A program made the position numbers and the translations under genes. Positions 19,957 through 31,639 of a stretch of DNA of 64,000 nt are shown piece after piece. This DNA is from Pirellulales bacterium. Lineage in GTDB: Bacteria > Planctomycetota > Planctomycetia > Pirellulales > UBA1268. Location: the NCBI GenBank assembly GCA_016776925.1, contig JADHSL010000003.1:51412-115411 (forward strand), in the 5' to 3' direction. Each line of letters starts with the position of its first letter. Position 1 is the stretch's first letter. The notes under the pieces were generated by a model. It did not search any database and was not told the origin of the DNA. It worked only from the letters and a program-made list of their open reading frames with translations.

Positions 19957-22481
19957 AAGATGCCGAGCGCCTCAAGACTATATCTGACCACAAGTCCCGC
20001 TGCGACCACACTGACCATGCTCATAAGCTTCACAAGAATATTCAGGCTTGGGCCACTTGTGTCTTTAAAGGGATCACCGACCGTGTCACCGACAATTGCT
20101 GCTTTATGAGCCTCAGTGCCCTTGCCTCCGTGCACACCACTCTCGATATGCTTCTTTGCATTGTCCCACGCTCCACCCGCATTTGCCATAAAGACAGCGA
20201 CACAGAAACCCGTTGTAAGGGCACCAACGAGCAGTCCCATGACACCACCAACGCCAAGAAGCAAGCCAGTGACAACTGGCGCGGACAATGCGAGCAGAGA
20301 AGGCAATACCATCTCTCGTTGGGCTGCCTTCGTACTGATGGCAACTGGAGCCGCGTAATCAGGTTTTTCGGTACCCTCCATGATTCCGGGCTTCTCACGA
20401 AATTGCCGGCGGACCTCTTCAACCATACCCTTGGCAGCACGACCTACAGCTTTCATCGTGAGCGCACAAAACACAAAGGTACTCATCGCACCGAGAAACA
20501 TACCGACTAGCACCTTTGGATTCATAAGTGTTACGTCATAAAAACGCATAAAGTCGGCCATCCTCGCTGCCCGCACCTCAACGAGGTCATGCGCTGTCTG
20601 AAGCGGTTTGGTTTCGGGCATTTTCTCTATAACAGAACCACTTGGCAGCTTTTCATAATCGGGGATAGCTTTGAGTAGTTCCCGATCATCGACAAGAAGC
20701 CATGTCTGGTTTTCCACAGGTATCGATCCAGCCTTGACGAGCACGTCGTTTGACACCTTGACCCATGATCCAGCTTGCGCGGTGCTATTCTCGGTCACCG
20801 TAACAGCCGATTCGCCCCACCGTTCAAATCCAATTCGTACTTCTTCGACATAGGCAGCGAGTAACGCCAACGCAGTCAGAGCGGCTGAGCCAATTGCAAA
20901 TCCTTTACCGGTTGCTGCTGTCGTATTCCCGAGTGCATCTAGAGCATCTGTCCGCTCGCGAACAAACTCCGGCATTTCAGCCATTTGAGCGTTCCCGCCT
21001 GCGTTATCAGCAATGGGGCCGTAGGCGTCAGTGGCAAGCGTGATGCCAAGCGTAGAAAGCATGCCGACAGCTGCAATCCCAACGCCATACAGACCAAGAG
21101 CAAACGCATTCGGATCAGAAAAACTAAAGCCGTTGGCAAATCCGAAGGCCAGCAACGTCGCAACACCTGTGATCATGACTGGCGCCCAAACGGAAAGCAT
21201 TCCCTCAGCAACACCACCAATAATTATCGTAGCAGGCCCCGTGAGGGCCTGATCAGCCAATTCTTTGGTTGGTGCGAACTCATTACTTGTTGAATATTCT
21301 GTCCACTTTCCTATGAGCCAACCTGCAACCAAACCTACAATGACGCTGACCCCAACACCGATATGTGACCATCCGAGCAACAAGAACGTTAGCACGACAG
21401 CAGCCCCGACAATGGCAAGTGTCGAAAGATTAATGCCACGAGCCAATGCCGCTAGAAGTGATCGTTGAGATGCATCATCTTGAGTCTTGACCTGCCAAAT
21501 CCCCCACACGGAAAGGCCAATGCCTGCTGCAGCAATCAGGATCGGCAAAAAGAGGGCGCTGAGTTGCATAAAGTAATCTTTGTCTGACACACCAGAAAAA
21601 GCAGCAACACCCAATGCAGCAGTAGCAAGGATGCTACCGCAATAGCTTTCGTACAGATCGGCTCCCATGCCAGCAACATCACCAACGTTATCGCCGACGT
21701 TGTCCGCAATGGTTGCCGGGTTACGGGCATCATCTTCGGGAATGTTTTGCTCAACTTTACCAACAAGGTCAGCTCCAACATCCGCTGCTTTCGTAAAGAT
21801 ACCGCCACCAACCCGGGCAAAGAGCGCCTGTGAACTGGCTCCCATCCCGAAACAAAGCATCGTGACAGTAATCTCTTCAAGTGACAGTGGTGACGCAAAC
21901 ATCGGCACAAGCCAGTACAGGATGAAAAACCAGACAACGATATCCAGCAAACCAAGTCCAACCACCGTGAGACCCATCACGGCACCTGAACGAAACGCTA
22001 CCTGGAGGCCATCATTCAGGCTCTTCTCCGCAGCAGCCGCAGTTCGGTTACTTGCGAGTGTCGCCGTCTTCATACCAAACCAACCAGCCAGACCAGAAAA
22101 CAGACCACCCGAAAGAAACGCAAATGGAACCCAGGCGCTTTGAACATTGAGTCCAAAAGCCATGAAGAGAAGGAGGGCAAAAATAACCGCAAAAAATCCG
22201 GCAACTACTTTGTATTGCTGCCTCAGATAGGCATCGGCGCCTGTACGAACATACCCTGCAATTTCGATGTTCTTTTCAGAGCCGCCCGACTGACTTTCCA
22301 TCCACTGATAAAATTGCCGCGCTTGCCAAAGGGCATAACCAGAGCCGATGATCGCCACGATCCAAAACAGACCATAAATACCAAAAAAACTTGCTGATGG
22401 AGGGACTCTACTTGCGTCAGAGGCTTGAGCAAAAGAAGGAACAAGCACCACCATTGCAGCGGCTGCGGAAATAAATTTCAC
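19953..22481 (-). CDS. hppA: Membrane-integral (V-type) pyrophosphatase, K+-dependent-type signature.
   Basis: [57 protein letters not shown] and [16 protein letters not shown]. The last has Ala rather than Lys after GNTT. 842 aa, with a signal-like N-terminus and an internal insertion. Confidence 0.92.
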   Translation of the reverse strand: MKFISAAAAMVVLVPSFAQASDASRVPPSASFFGIYGLFWIVAIIGSGYALWQARQFYQWMESQSGGSEKNIEIAGYVRTGADAYLRQQYKVVAGFFAVIFALLLFMAFGLNVQSAWVPFAFLSGGLFSGLAGWFGMKTATLASNRTAAAAEKSLNDGLQVAFRSGAVMGLTVVGLGLLDIVVWFFILYWLVPMFASPLSLEEITVTMLCFGMGASSQALFARVGGGIFTKAADVGADLVGKVEQNIPEDDARNPATIADNVGDNVGDVAGMGADLYESYCGSILATAALGVAAFSGVSDKDYFMQLSALFLPILIAAAGIGLSVWGIWQVKTQDDASQRSLLAALARGINLSTLAIVGAAVVLTFLLLGWSHIGVGVSVIVGLVAGWLIGKWTEYSTSNEFAPTKELADQALTGPATIIIGGVAEGMLSVWAPVMITGVATLLAFGFANGFSFSDPNAFALGLYGVGIAAVGMLSTLGITLATDAYGPIADNAGGNAQMAEMPEFVRERTDALDALGNTTAATGKGFAIGSAALTALALLAAYVEEVRIGFERWGESAVTVTENSTAQAGSWVKVSNDVLVKAGSIPVENQTWLLVDDRELLKAIPDYEKLPSGSVIEKMPETKPLQTAHDLVEVRAARMADFMRFYDVTLMNPKVLVGMFLGAMSTFVFCALTMKAVGRAAKGMVEEVRRQFREKPGIMEGTEKPDYAAPVAISTKAAQREMVLPSLLALSAPVVTGLLLGVGGVMGLLVGALTTGFCVAVFMANAGGAWDNAKKHIESGVHGGKGTEAHKAAIVGDTVGDPFKDTSGPSLNILVKLMSMVSVVAAGLVVRYSLEALGIF

Positions 22482-22676
22482 GGACGTTCAACTCCGAAGA
22501 AGATAATAAGTCGGGGAAAGAGCCTTCTACGATTTCTCACCAAAGCCTCATTTACTAATGAGGACTCTAACCCCTGTGAAAAAAACATGTCAAACGGCCT
22601 CGACAATTTTATTCAATTTTCTCAACAAAAGATCGTCACGGGCACCGACATAAAGCAGGCAGGATGCTGACAACAA

Positions 22677-24014
22677 TCAGCCAGAACCGGCCTCTTTTAG
22701 CCGACCATCAACGACAGATCGCCCTATCGAATGGTACAGAAACCCGTTGGAAAGCATTTCTGCACTATCAAAAAGATTACGGCCGTCGAAGATCACATGA
22801 CTTGCCATTGCTGCCTTGAGAGCCTTGAAGTCTGGCCGGCGGAAGTCTCCCCACTCCGTCACAATCGCCAGTGCATCTGCATTGGTAACGGCATCCAGCG
22901 GGCTTGATGCGTACTCCAGAGCACTGCCGTATTTAGCCTGAACATTCTGCATAGCTTCGGGATCAAACACTCGAATCTTTGCGCGGGCTGCCAGAAGTGC
23001 ATCAAGCAGTTCAAGAGATGGGGCATCCCTGATGTCGTCTGTCCGAGGCTTGAAAGCAAGTCCCCAGAGAGCTATTCGCCGGCCCTCAAGATTACCATCA
23101 AAATAATCTGCTATTTTCTTCCCGAGAACTTGCTTCTGCGCGAGGTTTGCTTCATGCACTGCATGCAAAATCGTTAGTTCACTTGAGCGATCACGTGCCA
23201 TGGCAGAAAGTGCCTGGACATCTTTCGGAAAACAACTTCCTCCGTAACCGACACCCGGAAACAAGAATGAAAACCCTATCCGGCTGTCGTGACCAATGCC
23301 TCGCCTGACGTCATCAACATTGGCTTCCATTCGCTCACAAAGATTTGCGACTTCATTTATAAAACTTATCTTGGTCGCTAAAAGTGAATTTGCCACGTAT
23401 TTTGTCATCTCGGCACTCTCTGGCGACATGACAAGAAACGGTCGCTCGGTTCGCAAAAATGGCGAGTAGAGCCTTCGGAGTTTTTCGGCAACTTCAGGGG
23501 TTCGCACACCCACCACCACACGGTCAGGCCGTTGGAAATCTTCTATCGCTGCTCCCTCTTTGAGGAACTCGGGGTTACTAGCGACATGACAAACGCGCCC
23601 CGTGGCTTCGGACAGCTGGTGTTCAATCTTGGCAGCAGTACCAACAGGCACAGTGCTCTTTGTTATTACAATGACGTCTTCGGCAAGGTGTGGGGCTATT
23701 GATGACACCACACTCCAGATCGCCGTCAAATCAGCTGCTCCGCTCGCAGTCGGTGGTGTTCCGACCGCAAGAAAGACTATCTCGGCTGCTGCAACCGCTT
23801 CGTTTGTATCAGTGGTAAACCGCAGCCGCCCAACCCGTGCATTCCGTTCAACGAGTTCCTCGAGGCCAGGCTCATAAATCGGGATGTTGCCCGCTCTAAG
23901 GGAAGCGACCTTGTTCTCATCAATATCGAGGCATGTGACATCGCTACCACTGTCAGCCAGGCATGTGCCTGTTACTAGTCCAACGTACCCCGTGCCGACT
24001 ACTGCTATTTTCAT
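22677..24014 (-). CDS. ugd: UDP-glucose 6-dehydrogenase.
   Basis: [20 protein letters not shown] Rossmann start and the catalytic region [10 protein letters not shown]. 445 aa. Confidence 0.92.
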   Translation of the reverse strand: MKIAVVGTGYVGLVTGTCLADSGSDVTCLDIDENKVASLRAGNIPIYEPGLEELVERNARVGRLRFTTDTNEAVAAAEIVFLAVGTPPTASGAADLTAIWSVVSSIAPHLAEDVIVITKSTVPVGTAAKIEHQLSEATGRVCHVASNPEFLKEGAAIEDFQRPDRVVVGVRTPEVAEKLRRLYSPFLRTERPFLVMSPESAEMTKYVANSLLATKISFINEVANLCERMEANVDDVRRGIGHDSRIGFSFLFPGVGYGGSCFPKDVQALSAMARDRSSELTILHAVHEANLAQKQVLGKKIADYFDGNLEGRRIALWGLAFKPRTDDIRDAPSLELLDALLAARAKIRVFDPEAMQNVQAKYGSALEYASSPLDAVTNADALAIVTEWGDFRRPDFKALKAAMASHVIFDGRNLFDSAEMLSNGFLYHSIGRSVVDGRLKEAGSG

Positions 24015-24031
24015 TTTTTTTCAGGCAACAA

Positions 24032-26818
24032 CTACTCGCCCTCTGGCACAGTCTCTGCCTCTTCCTGTTCGCTCGGTGGCACGGGAACAACCGCCGCGAG
24101 CGAATCGGCATCGTCTAGACGCATGATACGAACGCCCTGCGTATTCCGGCCGATGGCCTTAATCTCACCAACATTTACACGCTGTAGTTTCCCACGAGCC
24201 GTCATCATCAGGACTTGATCCTCGTCTCGTACCGAAACAATCGACACGACCTTGCCATTTCGGGTGGTCGTTTTGATATCACGCACTCCCTTTCCGCCAC
24301 GACGCTGCGTACGGTAACGCATTCCACTCGACTCTGTTTCAGACTCTTCAGCACTGGTTGCTACCGAAGGTTCTCCCTCGGTAAGGGGCGTGCCTGCACC
24401 AAACGGTGTCCGTTTCCCATACCCTTTTTCGCACACGGTAAGAAGCGTCGCAGAGGGATCTGCAACAACTAGACCAACCAGGCTATCTCCCTTGCCAAGC
24501 TTGATACCCCGAACTCCACTGGTATCACGACCCATTGGTCGAGCATCTGATTCTGGGAACCGAATAGCCATGCCCGAAGCCGTTGCCAGCACAAGTTCAT
24601 CGCCTGGCTGCGTAACAACCGCACCAATAAGCTCATCGCCTTCTTTCAGTTTCACCGCGATCAGGCCTTTAGTGCGCCGACGACGATACTGCTCGAGAGG
24701 TGTCTTTTTCACCGTACCGCTACGCGCCGCGAGCAATAAACACTGATCTGGGTTATCAAATCCAGAAACTGCACGACACTCTGCCACCCGTTCACCTTCT
24801 TCAAACTCCAGCAGATTCACAAGTGCCCTGCCCTTTGCGTCCCGAGCAAGTTCTGGCAACTCAAAGACTCGCATCGAAAAGACCTTGCCTCGCGTAGTAA
24901 AAACAAGCAACCAGTCATGAGTACTTGCCACGAAAAAATGTTCGACAGGATCAGACTCATCAACCCGAGCCCCAGTGAGCCCCTTGCCGCCTCGTCGCTG
25001 TGCTCGATAGGTGTCAGCCGCCGTCCGCTTGACGTAGCCTGACCGAGTAATTGTGACAACCATCGTTGATTCGGTAATCAACTCTGCCATGTCACGAATG
25101 TCAGCTACCTCACCGCTGATCTCCGTTCGCCGAGGCTGCGCAAACTTTGACTCAATAGCGAGTAAATCGGCCCTTATTAATGCACGGATATTATCTTCAC
25201 TCGACAAAATCCGGAGGAATTCACGAATCTTTACGAGTAGCTCACTATGCTCACCACCCAGTTTTTCCTGCTCAAGATTCACAAGTTGCCCAAGCGTGAG
25301 TCGCAAGACTGCATCAGCCTGGACAGGTGACAACCCGTAGACCTCGGCTTTTCCTCGTTCTTCCTGAAGAATCCCAAATCCTTCATCACCAAGAGCACGC
25401 TGTAACAAAGCTGCCGGCGTCTCAATCTGCATCAAGCGTTGCTTTGCTTCCGCCTGGGACGAGGAACTGCGAATAATTTTGATTACTTCATCAATGTTTG
25501 CCAACGCAACAAGAAGGCCTTCGAGCGTATGCTTGCGATTCCTCGCACGCGCAAGAAGATGCTGCGTTCTTCGACGAATAACTGTCGTTCGATGCCGCAG
25601 AAACTCTTCAAGCATGTTCTTGAACGAGAGCATCCTCGGCTTGCCATCCACTAACGCAAGAAAGATGAGTGAAAAACTCGTTTGAAGAGGTGAGTATTGA
25701 TAGAGCTGATTCAGAACAACGTCAGGGTCAGCATCCCGCTTCAACTCCAAAATAAGTCTTACAGGTTCTTTCAGGTCACTTTCGTTGCGGATCGCAGAAA
25801 TCCCTTTTATGCGATCGTTACTCACCTGATCTGCAATTTTCTCCTCAATGGCATCTCGTGTTTGCTGGTACGGAATCTCTGTAATAACAATCCGATTACG
25901 ATTTTTCCCAAATTCTTCGACGTGTGCTCGTGCACGAAGCGTAATTGTACTTCTTCCAGTGAGATATCCTCGAAGCAAGGACTCCCTTCCCATGACAATG
26001 CCACCAGTCGGGAAGTCTGGACCCGGGACAATCTCGAGCAACTCTGCCATTGATGTGTCTGGGTTGTCGATCATTTGAACAAGCCCACGACATACTTCGC
26101 CTAAGTTGTGCGGAGGAATACTTGTTGCCATACCGACAGCAATACCACCTGCCCCGTTCACTACCAGGTTTGGAAAGCGACTCGGAAGCACAACGGGTTC
26201 CGTATTTCGCTCATCGTATGTTGGTACAAAGTCGACTGTATCGAGATTGATATCGTCAAGCATCTGCGACGCAATCGGCGACAGCCGAGCTTCGGTATAC
26301 CGCATGGCTGCGGCAGGCAACCCGGCGATCGATCCAAAGTTACCCTGCTTGTCGACGAGCACATGACGCATGTTCCATTCCTGCGCCATGCGGACAAGCG
26401 TAGGATAGATCACACTTTCACCATGAGGATGATAGTTACCACTGGTGTCACCCGATATCTTCGCGCACTTAACACGGGAAGAACCAGGTGACAGATTCAG
26501 GTCATTCATGGCAACAAGAATGCGTCGTTGCGACGGCTTGAGGCCATCGCGAACATCAGGAAGAGCTCGACTGACAATAACGCTCATTGCGTATGTCAGG
26601 TAACTCTCCTTGAGTTCTTGCTCAATTGGCAGATCGATAAGTCGGCCGCCCAATCCACGATCAGGTGGTCCACTGCCTTCATTCTCTGATGGTGGCTTAT
26701 TTGAGGCATCATCAGATGGGGTGTTTTCGTCAGCCAAGGGGTGCGTTCTCCCGGGAATAGACCGTTTGGAAAGGCGGTTGCTTGATCTTGAACATACCCG
26801 CCTCAAGCAGGCGGTCAA
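24032..26818 (-). CDS. gyrA: DNA gyrase subunit A.
   Basis: [46 protein letters not shown] and the GyrA box QRRGGKG. The ORF-track start is TTG, so the true start is uncertain. Confidence 0.95.
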   Translation of the reverse strand: MTACLRRVCSRSSNRLSKRSIPGRTHPLADENTPSDDASNKPPSENEGSGPPDRGLGGRLIDLPIEQELKESYLTYAMSVIVSRALPDVRDGLKPSQRRILVAMNDLNLSPGSSRVKCAKISGDTSGNYHPHGESVIYPTLVRMAQEWNMRHVLVDKQGNFGSIAGLPAAAMRYTEARLSPIASQMLDDINLDTVDFVPTYDERNTEPVVLPSRFPNLVVNGAGGIAVGMATSIPPHNLGEVCRGLVQMIDNPDTSMAELLEIVPGPDFPTGGIVMGRESLLRGYLTGRSTITLRARAHVEEFGKNRNRIVITEIPYQQTRDAIEEKIADQVSNDRIKGISAIRNESDLKEPVRLILELKRDADPDVVLNQLYQYSPLQTSFSLIFLALVDGKPRMLSFKNMLEEFLRHRTTVIRRRTQHLLARARNRKHTLEGLLVALANIDEVIKIIRSSSSQAEAKQRLMQIETPAALLQRALGDEGFGILQEERGKAEVYGLSPVQADAVLRLTLGQLVNLEQEKLGGEHSELLVKIREFLRILSSEDNIRALIRADLLAIESKFAQPRRTEISGEVADIRDMAELITESTMVVTITRSGYVKRTAADTYRAQRRGGKGLTGARVDESDPVEHFFVASTHDWLLVFTTRGKVFSMRVFELPELARDAKGRALVNLLEFEEGERVAECRAVSGFDNPDQCLLLAARSGTVKKTPLEQYRRRRTKGLIAVKLKEGDELIGAVVTQPGDELVLATASGMAIRFPESDARPMGRDTSGVRGIKLGKGDSLVGLVVADPSATLLTVCEKGYGKRTPFGAGTPLTEGEPSVATSAEESETESSGMRYRTQRRGGKGVRDIKTTTRNGKVVSIVSVRDEDQVLMMTARGKLQRVNVGEIKAIGRNTQGVRIMRLDDADSLAAVVPVPPSEQEEAETVPEGE

Positions 26819-26848
26819 CCGGCCTTAATATACCTAAAAAACTTCATT

Positions 26849-28660
26849 TTGTACGGCTTGACCGGCATCGCTGCTGCTTCTACCCTCCTGCTCCGTTCCT
26901 TTCATCCTCTTTGGGCGACGCTGGTGATATTCAGAAGCCCCTCAATCGCAATCCTGATCATCGTACTTTCGACTGCTGCCGCTCTTCTGCCGGGGCTTGG
27001 CACGGCCCCGCTCTGGGATGAAGACGAGCCCAAAAATGCTGCCTGCACACTGGCAATGCTGGATTCGGGTGATTGGATTGTACCCACCTACAACGGAACT
27101 CTTCGTGTCGAAAAGCCTCCACTTGTCAATTGGGTGCAAATCGTTGGTGTTTCGATTTTTGGTCGCAATGAATTTGGTGTGCGCATCGGTTCAGCTTGCC
27201 TGACTGTTGGCACATGCCTGCTGACATGGTGGACTGGACGACTTCTTGCGGGGCCATTTGTTGGACTCATCTCAGGCCTTGTCATGTCGACGTGCATTTG
27301 GACGGGAGTCGGTGGGCGGGCCGCAACCCCTGATGCATCGCTTGTTTTTTGTACCACTTTAGCTGCTTCAATTTATGTACACGCCGTTCAACGGGGAGCC
27401 GTCACAACGATCACCCGAGGGCATGCCCTCGGCATCGGCTTGGCTTGCGGATTAGCCATCCTTGCTAAAGGTCCCGTTGGCATTGTCCTCCCAATGCTTG
27501 CATTCCTTCTCACTGCTTTAGTCCTTCGACAAAAATCTGCCCCGAGTGATGGTAGGTCTTGGCTCTATACAGCTGCAGTCTCCCTGCGGCCGCTTACCAT
27601 TCTTTCTACAGCCACAGTTGTTGCCCTGCCATGGTATCTATTGGTTGGCCTGCGTACGAACGGGCAGTGGATTACAGATTTTCTTCTCATTCATAACGCG
27701 GGGAGATTTGCCGCCCCCATGGAGGGACACTCTGGTTCGTTCCTGTATTACCCGATGATACTCGCCATTGGCATGTTCCCATGGTCAATTATTTTGCTTG
27801 CCATTCCAGCCCATGCCTTATTTCTTTGGCGAACAAAACGCCTGACGAGTTCACACTTCCGCGCTATTACTTTTGCCGGATGTTGGGCCCTTGTCTGGGT
27901 TGGTACTTTTTCACTCGCCGGAACAAAACTTCCTGGCTACATCTGGCCGGCATACCCAGCTATTTCAATCGCCACCGCTCTTTATGTTGTCGACTGGATC
28001 AGTGGACGCACCGGTTGGGAAAAAGTGGTTTTCAGAAATATGACAGCCGATAAAGCCGCATCAATGGTCATGCATATTGGCTGGCTGAGCCTGGCAATAG
28101 TCGGTGTTTGTTTTATCGGCGGACTCCCAGTAATTTCCCGTCAGTTTGCCCCCGAAAACGAATGGCTTGGGCTTCTTGGATTGCTGCCTGTTCTGACTGC
28201 TGCTGCGTGCTTCATTTTACAATCACGTGGGAAGCGAGGGCTCGCTATCAGTGCACTCATAAGTTCATCAGTCTTGTTCCTAGCCCTCCTCGGTGGCGTT
28301 GCGGCCGTCCGCCTTGCCCACCACCAAGGCGCTGCAAGCCTTCTCGCCGAATTGTCTTCGGAGGAACGGGCAGGCGCCTGGGCGAGTGTCAAAACACCTC
28401 GACCTAGCCTTGTCTTTTACACAGGCAAACCCGTCAAGAAACTTGCAGATATTCATGCAGGTGTTCGACATCTACGTGATACGTCTTTCGCTCGACTTGT
28501 GGTGCGATCAGACGATCTGCCAGTCATTCTGCCGCTGCTTCCTCCTGGTTTTGAAATTCTCAACGAGAAACCCCGTTCCTTTGATTCCGGCCTCGCAGTC
28601 ATTGGAAAGATTCCTCCTGAAAATACACGTTCACTCGCTCAAATCGCTAATCCGTACTGA
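26849..28660 (+). CDS. ArnT-like GT-C glycosyltransferase (GT39/GT83-type, polyprenyl-phosphate-sugar dependent), paralog 1.
   Basis: Polytopic membrane protein with the N-terminal loop motif PLWDEDEPKNAACTLAMLDSGDWIVPTYNGTLRVEKPPLVNW. The ORF-track start is TTG. GTG 26924 gives an N-terminus co-linear with paralog 2. Confidence 0.75.
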   Translation: MYGLTGIAAASTLLLRSFHPLWATLVIFRSPSIAILIIVLSTAAALLPGLGTAPLWDEDEPKNAACTLAMLDSGDWIVPTYNGTLRVEKPPLVNWVQIVGVSIFGRNEFGVRIGSACLTVGTCLLTWWTGRLLAGPFVGLISGLVMSTCIWTGVGGRAATPDASLVFCTTLAASIYVHAVQRGAVTTITRGHALGIGLACGLAILAKGPVGIVLPMLAFLLTALVLRQKSAPSDGRSWLYTAAVSLRPLTILSTATVVALPWYLLVGLRTNGQWITDFLLIHNAGRFAAPMEGHSGSFLYYPMILAIGMFPWSIILLAIPAHALFLWRTKRLTSSHFRAITFAGCWALVWVGTFSLAGTKLPGYIWPAYPAISIATALYVVDWISGRTGWEKVVFRNMTADKAASMVMHIGWLSLAIVGVCFIGGLPVISRQFAPENEWLGLLGLLPVLTAAACFILQSRGKRGLAISALISSSVLFLALLGGVAAVRLAHHQGAASLLAELSSEERAGAWASVKTPRPSLVFYTGKPVKKLADIHAGVRHLRDTSFARLVVRSDDLPVILPLLPPGFEILNEKPRSFDSGLAVIGKIPPENTRSLAQIANPY

Positions 28661-28691
28661 CTCGAACACTGTCCTGTCTGGAGCCACGTTC

Positions 28692-30551
28692 ATGAATCGG
28701 TTCATTTCTTTTATGACACATCACTCCCAACTGTTTGTGGCTGCTGTGGCACTTGTTGTGCTTACATCGGGCTTTATTGGAATGCCTTTTTGGGATGAAG
28801 ATGAGCCACGATTTGCCGCTATCGCTCAAACCATGGTTGAAACAGGCAACTGGACAGTTCCTTTATTCAACGGTGAACTCGCAGTCGACAAACCAGTGCT
28901 GATGCACTGGTGTATGGCGGCATGTTTTTCCGTTTTTGGGATGAATGAAATTGCTGCCCGTCTTCCTGCAGCACTCGCAGCCCTGTTGACATCTCTTGCT
29001 CTTCTTCGGCTTGGAACTCGCTGCTTCAGTACTGCAACGGGCATTGTTGCGGCCCTTGCCTACCTCGGCTGTTTACTTGTTGCGATTGAAGCTCATGCCG
29101 CAACTCCCGACTCGATTCTTGTCGCTCTGTCGACATGGGCGACGCTCCTTCTGGTTGAACCTTTTCTTCCAGACAGACGTCATCAACCTGGAACGAAGCA
29201 GCCTGTTCAGGTAAACAATGCTTCCTCCGTCAGCATGTGGCATGCTGGCCTTGCGGGTAGTTTGCTCGGGCTAGGAGTACTCTGCAAAGGACCAATCGGT
29301 TATATCGGACCTCTCGTTGTCGTCATGGGCTGGGTCTGGCTTGTTCAATGCCTGTCCACCGGAAAAGAACAGCCTGGTAATGGCCGGCTCAAAGAGCAGG
29401 TGCTCTCAACGCTTCGACATGTCTTTTCTGAAGGCATTCCGGCCGCTTTTCGTACGGTCCAGCAAACTCGACTTCTTACCGTCACTGCCGCTGCCATACT
29501 CGTGGCCGCACCTTGGTATATAAGCGTTGGTATTCAAACTGATTGGGAGTGGACGAAAGGCTTCTTCTTTGTTCATAACGTCGGGCGATTCGTCGCTCCT
29601 ATGGAACGGCATTCGGGTGGCCTATTGTTTCATCCCCTGACAATGCTTGTTGGCTTTTATCCTTGGAGTTGCTTTCTACCACTTGCTATCTTCGGAGCCA
29701 CACGGCAACTCTGGAAGACCTGGCGACAGGGACAGAGCCCACACATTGAAAACTTACATGCTCCTGCATTGAGTCTCCTTCTGCTTTGGATGAGTGTCTG
29801 GGTCGGTGGCTTTTCACTTGCCGCTACCAAACTTCCCAACTACATAATGCCGGCATATCCTGCTGCCGCTCTCCTGGTTGCTGCACTTGCCATGGAAGCA
29901 GTCAAACGCTCCGCCTGGCTCTACCCGCGATGGATGGGTATTGGTGTTGGTGGAATTGCTTTTGGAGGAATTGCAACAAGTGTCACGATTCTGGTTGGTT
30001 CCTTTTATGGGTTAACTGGTAGTGAGCCTGCCGCAATCATCGGACTGATTCCCGTAGTTGGTGCTTTTTGGCTTGTCTGGCGTTCACGACAACGGCCAGC
30101 CTACGCTGTAACCACCATGGTTTTCTTAGGGCTTCTCTATTCTTCTTTGGCAGTCGGTCCTGCTGCGGCATGGATTAGTCGTGCCAACACGCTTCCAGCC
30201 TTAATTCGTGAAGCCCATGCACACGCCGGCGGACACGCACGAATAGGGGCATACTCTCAAATCACACCTAATCTTGTGTATTACGCCAAAGGCCTTGTCA
30301 AACGCTGGGCTCATGATTCTGATCGGGCTGAAAAAGCTGCCGCTTTTCTATTGACCGGACCAGACGCAGTCCTCGTTATCCCTGAGAATCAATTTAATGA
30401 ACTATCCTCTTTCTTGCCGGAAACTGCTGGAGTCGTAGGCCGCGCCCGACCCTTGTTCAAAAACCAGGACTTTCTTCTGGTGGGCAGCATGAAAGAGTCC
30501 GCACCAGCAGTCACGAAACGCACCGCCTCGGTTCGGAGCATAAAGAAATGA
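28692..30551 (+). CDS. ArnT-like GT-C glycosyltransferase, paralog 2.
   Basis: PFWDEDEPRFAAIAQTMVETGNWTVPLFNGELAVDKPVLMHW is co-linear with paralog 1. Both also share FxxHNxGRFxAPMExHSG. ATG 28692 is used because the 28293 extension overlaps paralog 1. Confidence 0.75.
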   Translation: MNRFISFMTHHSQLFVAAVALVVLTSGFIGMPFWDEDEPRFAAIAQTMVETGNWTVPLFNGELAVDKPVLMHWCMAACFSVFGMNEIAARLPAALAALLTSLALLRLGTRCFSTATGIVAALAYLGCLLVAIEAHAATPDSILVALSTWATLLLVEPFLPDRRHQPGTKQPVQVNNASSVSMWHAGLAGSLLGLGVLCKGPIGYIGPLVVVMGWVWLVQCLSTGKEQPGNGRLKEQVLSTLRHVFSEGIPAAFRTVQQTRLLTVTAAAILVAAPWYISVGIQTDWEWTKGFFFVHNVGRFVAPMERHSGGLLFHPLTMLVGFYPWSCFLPLAIFGATRQLWKTWRQGQSPHIENLHAPALSLLLLWMSVWVGGFSLAATKLPNYIMPAYPAAALLVAALAMEAVKRSAWLYPRWMGIGVGGIAFGGIATSVTILVGSFYGLTGSEPAAIIGLIPVVGAFWLVWRSRQRPAYAVTTMVFLGLLYSSLAVGPAAAWISRANTLPALIREAHAHAGGHARIGAYSQITPNLVYYAKGLVKRWAHDSDRAEKAAAFLLTGPDAVLVIPENQFNELSSFLPETAGVVGRARPLFKNQDFLLVGSMKESAPAVTKRTASVRSIKK

Positions 30552-31573
30552 ACCCGCCGGAACGCCACGACCCAGCGGCACCTGGCCAATCGATAGAGCG
30601 TCCGTGCCCTGGCTTCCTGTCGATTGTCATTCCTTGCTACAACGAAGAAGCTGTCATTGAGGAAACTCATGCCCGCATCTCCAGAATTGCACCTCGATTA
30701 GGCATGGAACTGGAAGTTCTTTACGTTGACGACGGAAGTCAAGACAGCACTCTTAAAAAACTAAAACAACTTGCAGTTGAAGACTCACGAATTGTTGTCA
30801 TCGAGTTTTCTCGAAACTTTGGCCAACAAGCTGCCATGTCTGCTGGTCTTGAAATGGCACAAGGAGATGCTGTTGTTCTTATTGACGCTGATCTCCAAGA
30901 CCCACCGGAAGTGATCATTGAGATGATCGCCAAATGGCGAGCCGGTGTGGATGTTGCCTATGGACGCCGAAAGTCACGCGACGGGGAAAGCACCTTCAAA
31001 CTCGTAACAGCGAGTCTTTTTTACAGATTTTTCGCCATGCTGATGCCGTACCCTGTACCTGTCGACACTGGTGACTTCAAGTTATGCGATCGTGTGGTCG
31101 TTGATACCGTCTGTGCACTTCCTGAGAAACGCCGATACCTTCGAAGCCTCGTTCCATGGGCAGGTTTTCATCATGCTCCAGTTGACTACGATCGAGACGC
31201 CAGAACCGCCGGAGAGACGAAGTATTCCGCCTTCCGACTGCTCTCCCTCGCGGCAGATGCTGTACTTCTTTCATCAGACAAACCCGTTCGAATCATCTGG
31301 TTTCTCGCTGCCCTGTTTGCTTTTGTAGGTGCATCTGGAATTCTCGCAGGGCTAGTCTCTCCTCCAAAAGAGACCGTATCTCTTCCTACAATTCTCGCTC
31401 TCCTCGGATTTATATCAGCAGCGCAAACTGCCGCTATTGCTATCGTAGGCGAATACGTTGTGCGCTCTTATCGGGAGGCACAAGCACGGCCGTCATTTAT
31501 CATGAGAGGCAGAACTGCTTCCAACGATCAAGCTCCGGCCACTCCGGTCGACGAAGCATGCAATACCGACTAG
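30548..31573 (+). CDS. GT2 polyprenyl-phosphate sugar transferase (ArnC/GtrB/Dpm1-like).
   Basis: LSIVIPCYNEE, VLYVDDGSQDST, RNFGQQAAMSAGL and VLIDADLQDPPEVI, plus two C-terminal TM helices. The start overlaps the upstream stop (ATGA). Confidence 0.85.
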   Translation: MNPPERHDPAAPGQSIERPCPGFLSIVIPCYNEEAVIEETHARISRIAPRLGMELEVLYVDDGSQDSTLKKLKQLAVEDSRIVVIEFSRNFGQQAAMSAGLEMAQGDAVVLIDADLQDPPEVIIEMIAKWRAGVDVAYGRRKSRDGESTFKLVTASLFYRFFAMLMPYPVPVDTGDFKLCDRVVVDTVCALPEKRRYLRSLVPWAGFHHAPVDYDRDARTAGETKYSAFRLLSLAADAVLLSSDKPVRIIWFLAALFAFVGASGILAGLVSPPKETVSLPTILALLGFISAAQTAAIAIVGEYVVRSYREAQARPSFIMRGRTASNDQAPATPVDEACNTD

Positions 31574-31639
31574 AATCGTGCTGCAAAAGAACATGGCATG
31601 TGACTTCGATTCTCCGAATCCGACCGCTTCACGTATACA

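Noticed and set aside
20042-22143. Multiple 60-160-aa ORFs on both strands inside hppA. Similar shadow ORFs occur inside gyrA, secDF, the AsmA-like gene, fusA and the ribosomal protein genes.
   Set aside because: They lie entirely within strongly supported conserved genes. Their compositions are skewed (Arg/Ser/Pro-rich), as expected for off-frame or antisense translation of coding DNA.
22546-22563. A 7-bp perfect hairpin (CCTCATT-tact-AATGAGG) between ugd and hppA, considered as a terminator.
   Set aside because: No U-tract follows it on either strand, and a single short hairpin in a 195-nt spacer is not significant on its own.
24215-24330. A second QRRGGKG-like motif ([11 protein letters not shown]) in the GyrA C-terminal domain, considered as a duplicated GyrA box.
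   Set aside because: Similar RGGKG-containing strands recur in several beta-pinwheel blades of ordinary GyrA proteins. The canonical GyrA box is present once, near the start of the CTD.
28293-28691. A 133-codon N-terminal extension of the second GT-C gene.
   Set aside because: It overlaps the 3' end of the first GT-C gene in another frame. ATG 28692 gives an N-terminus co-linear with the paralog.
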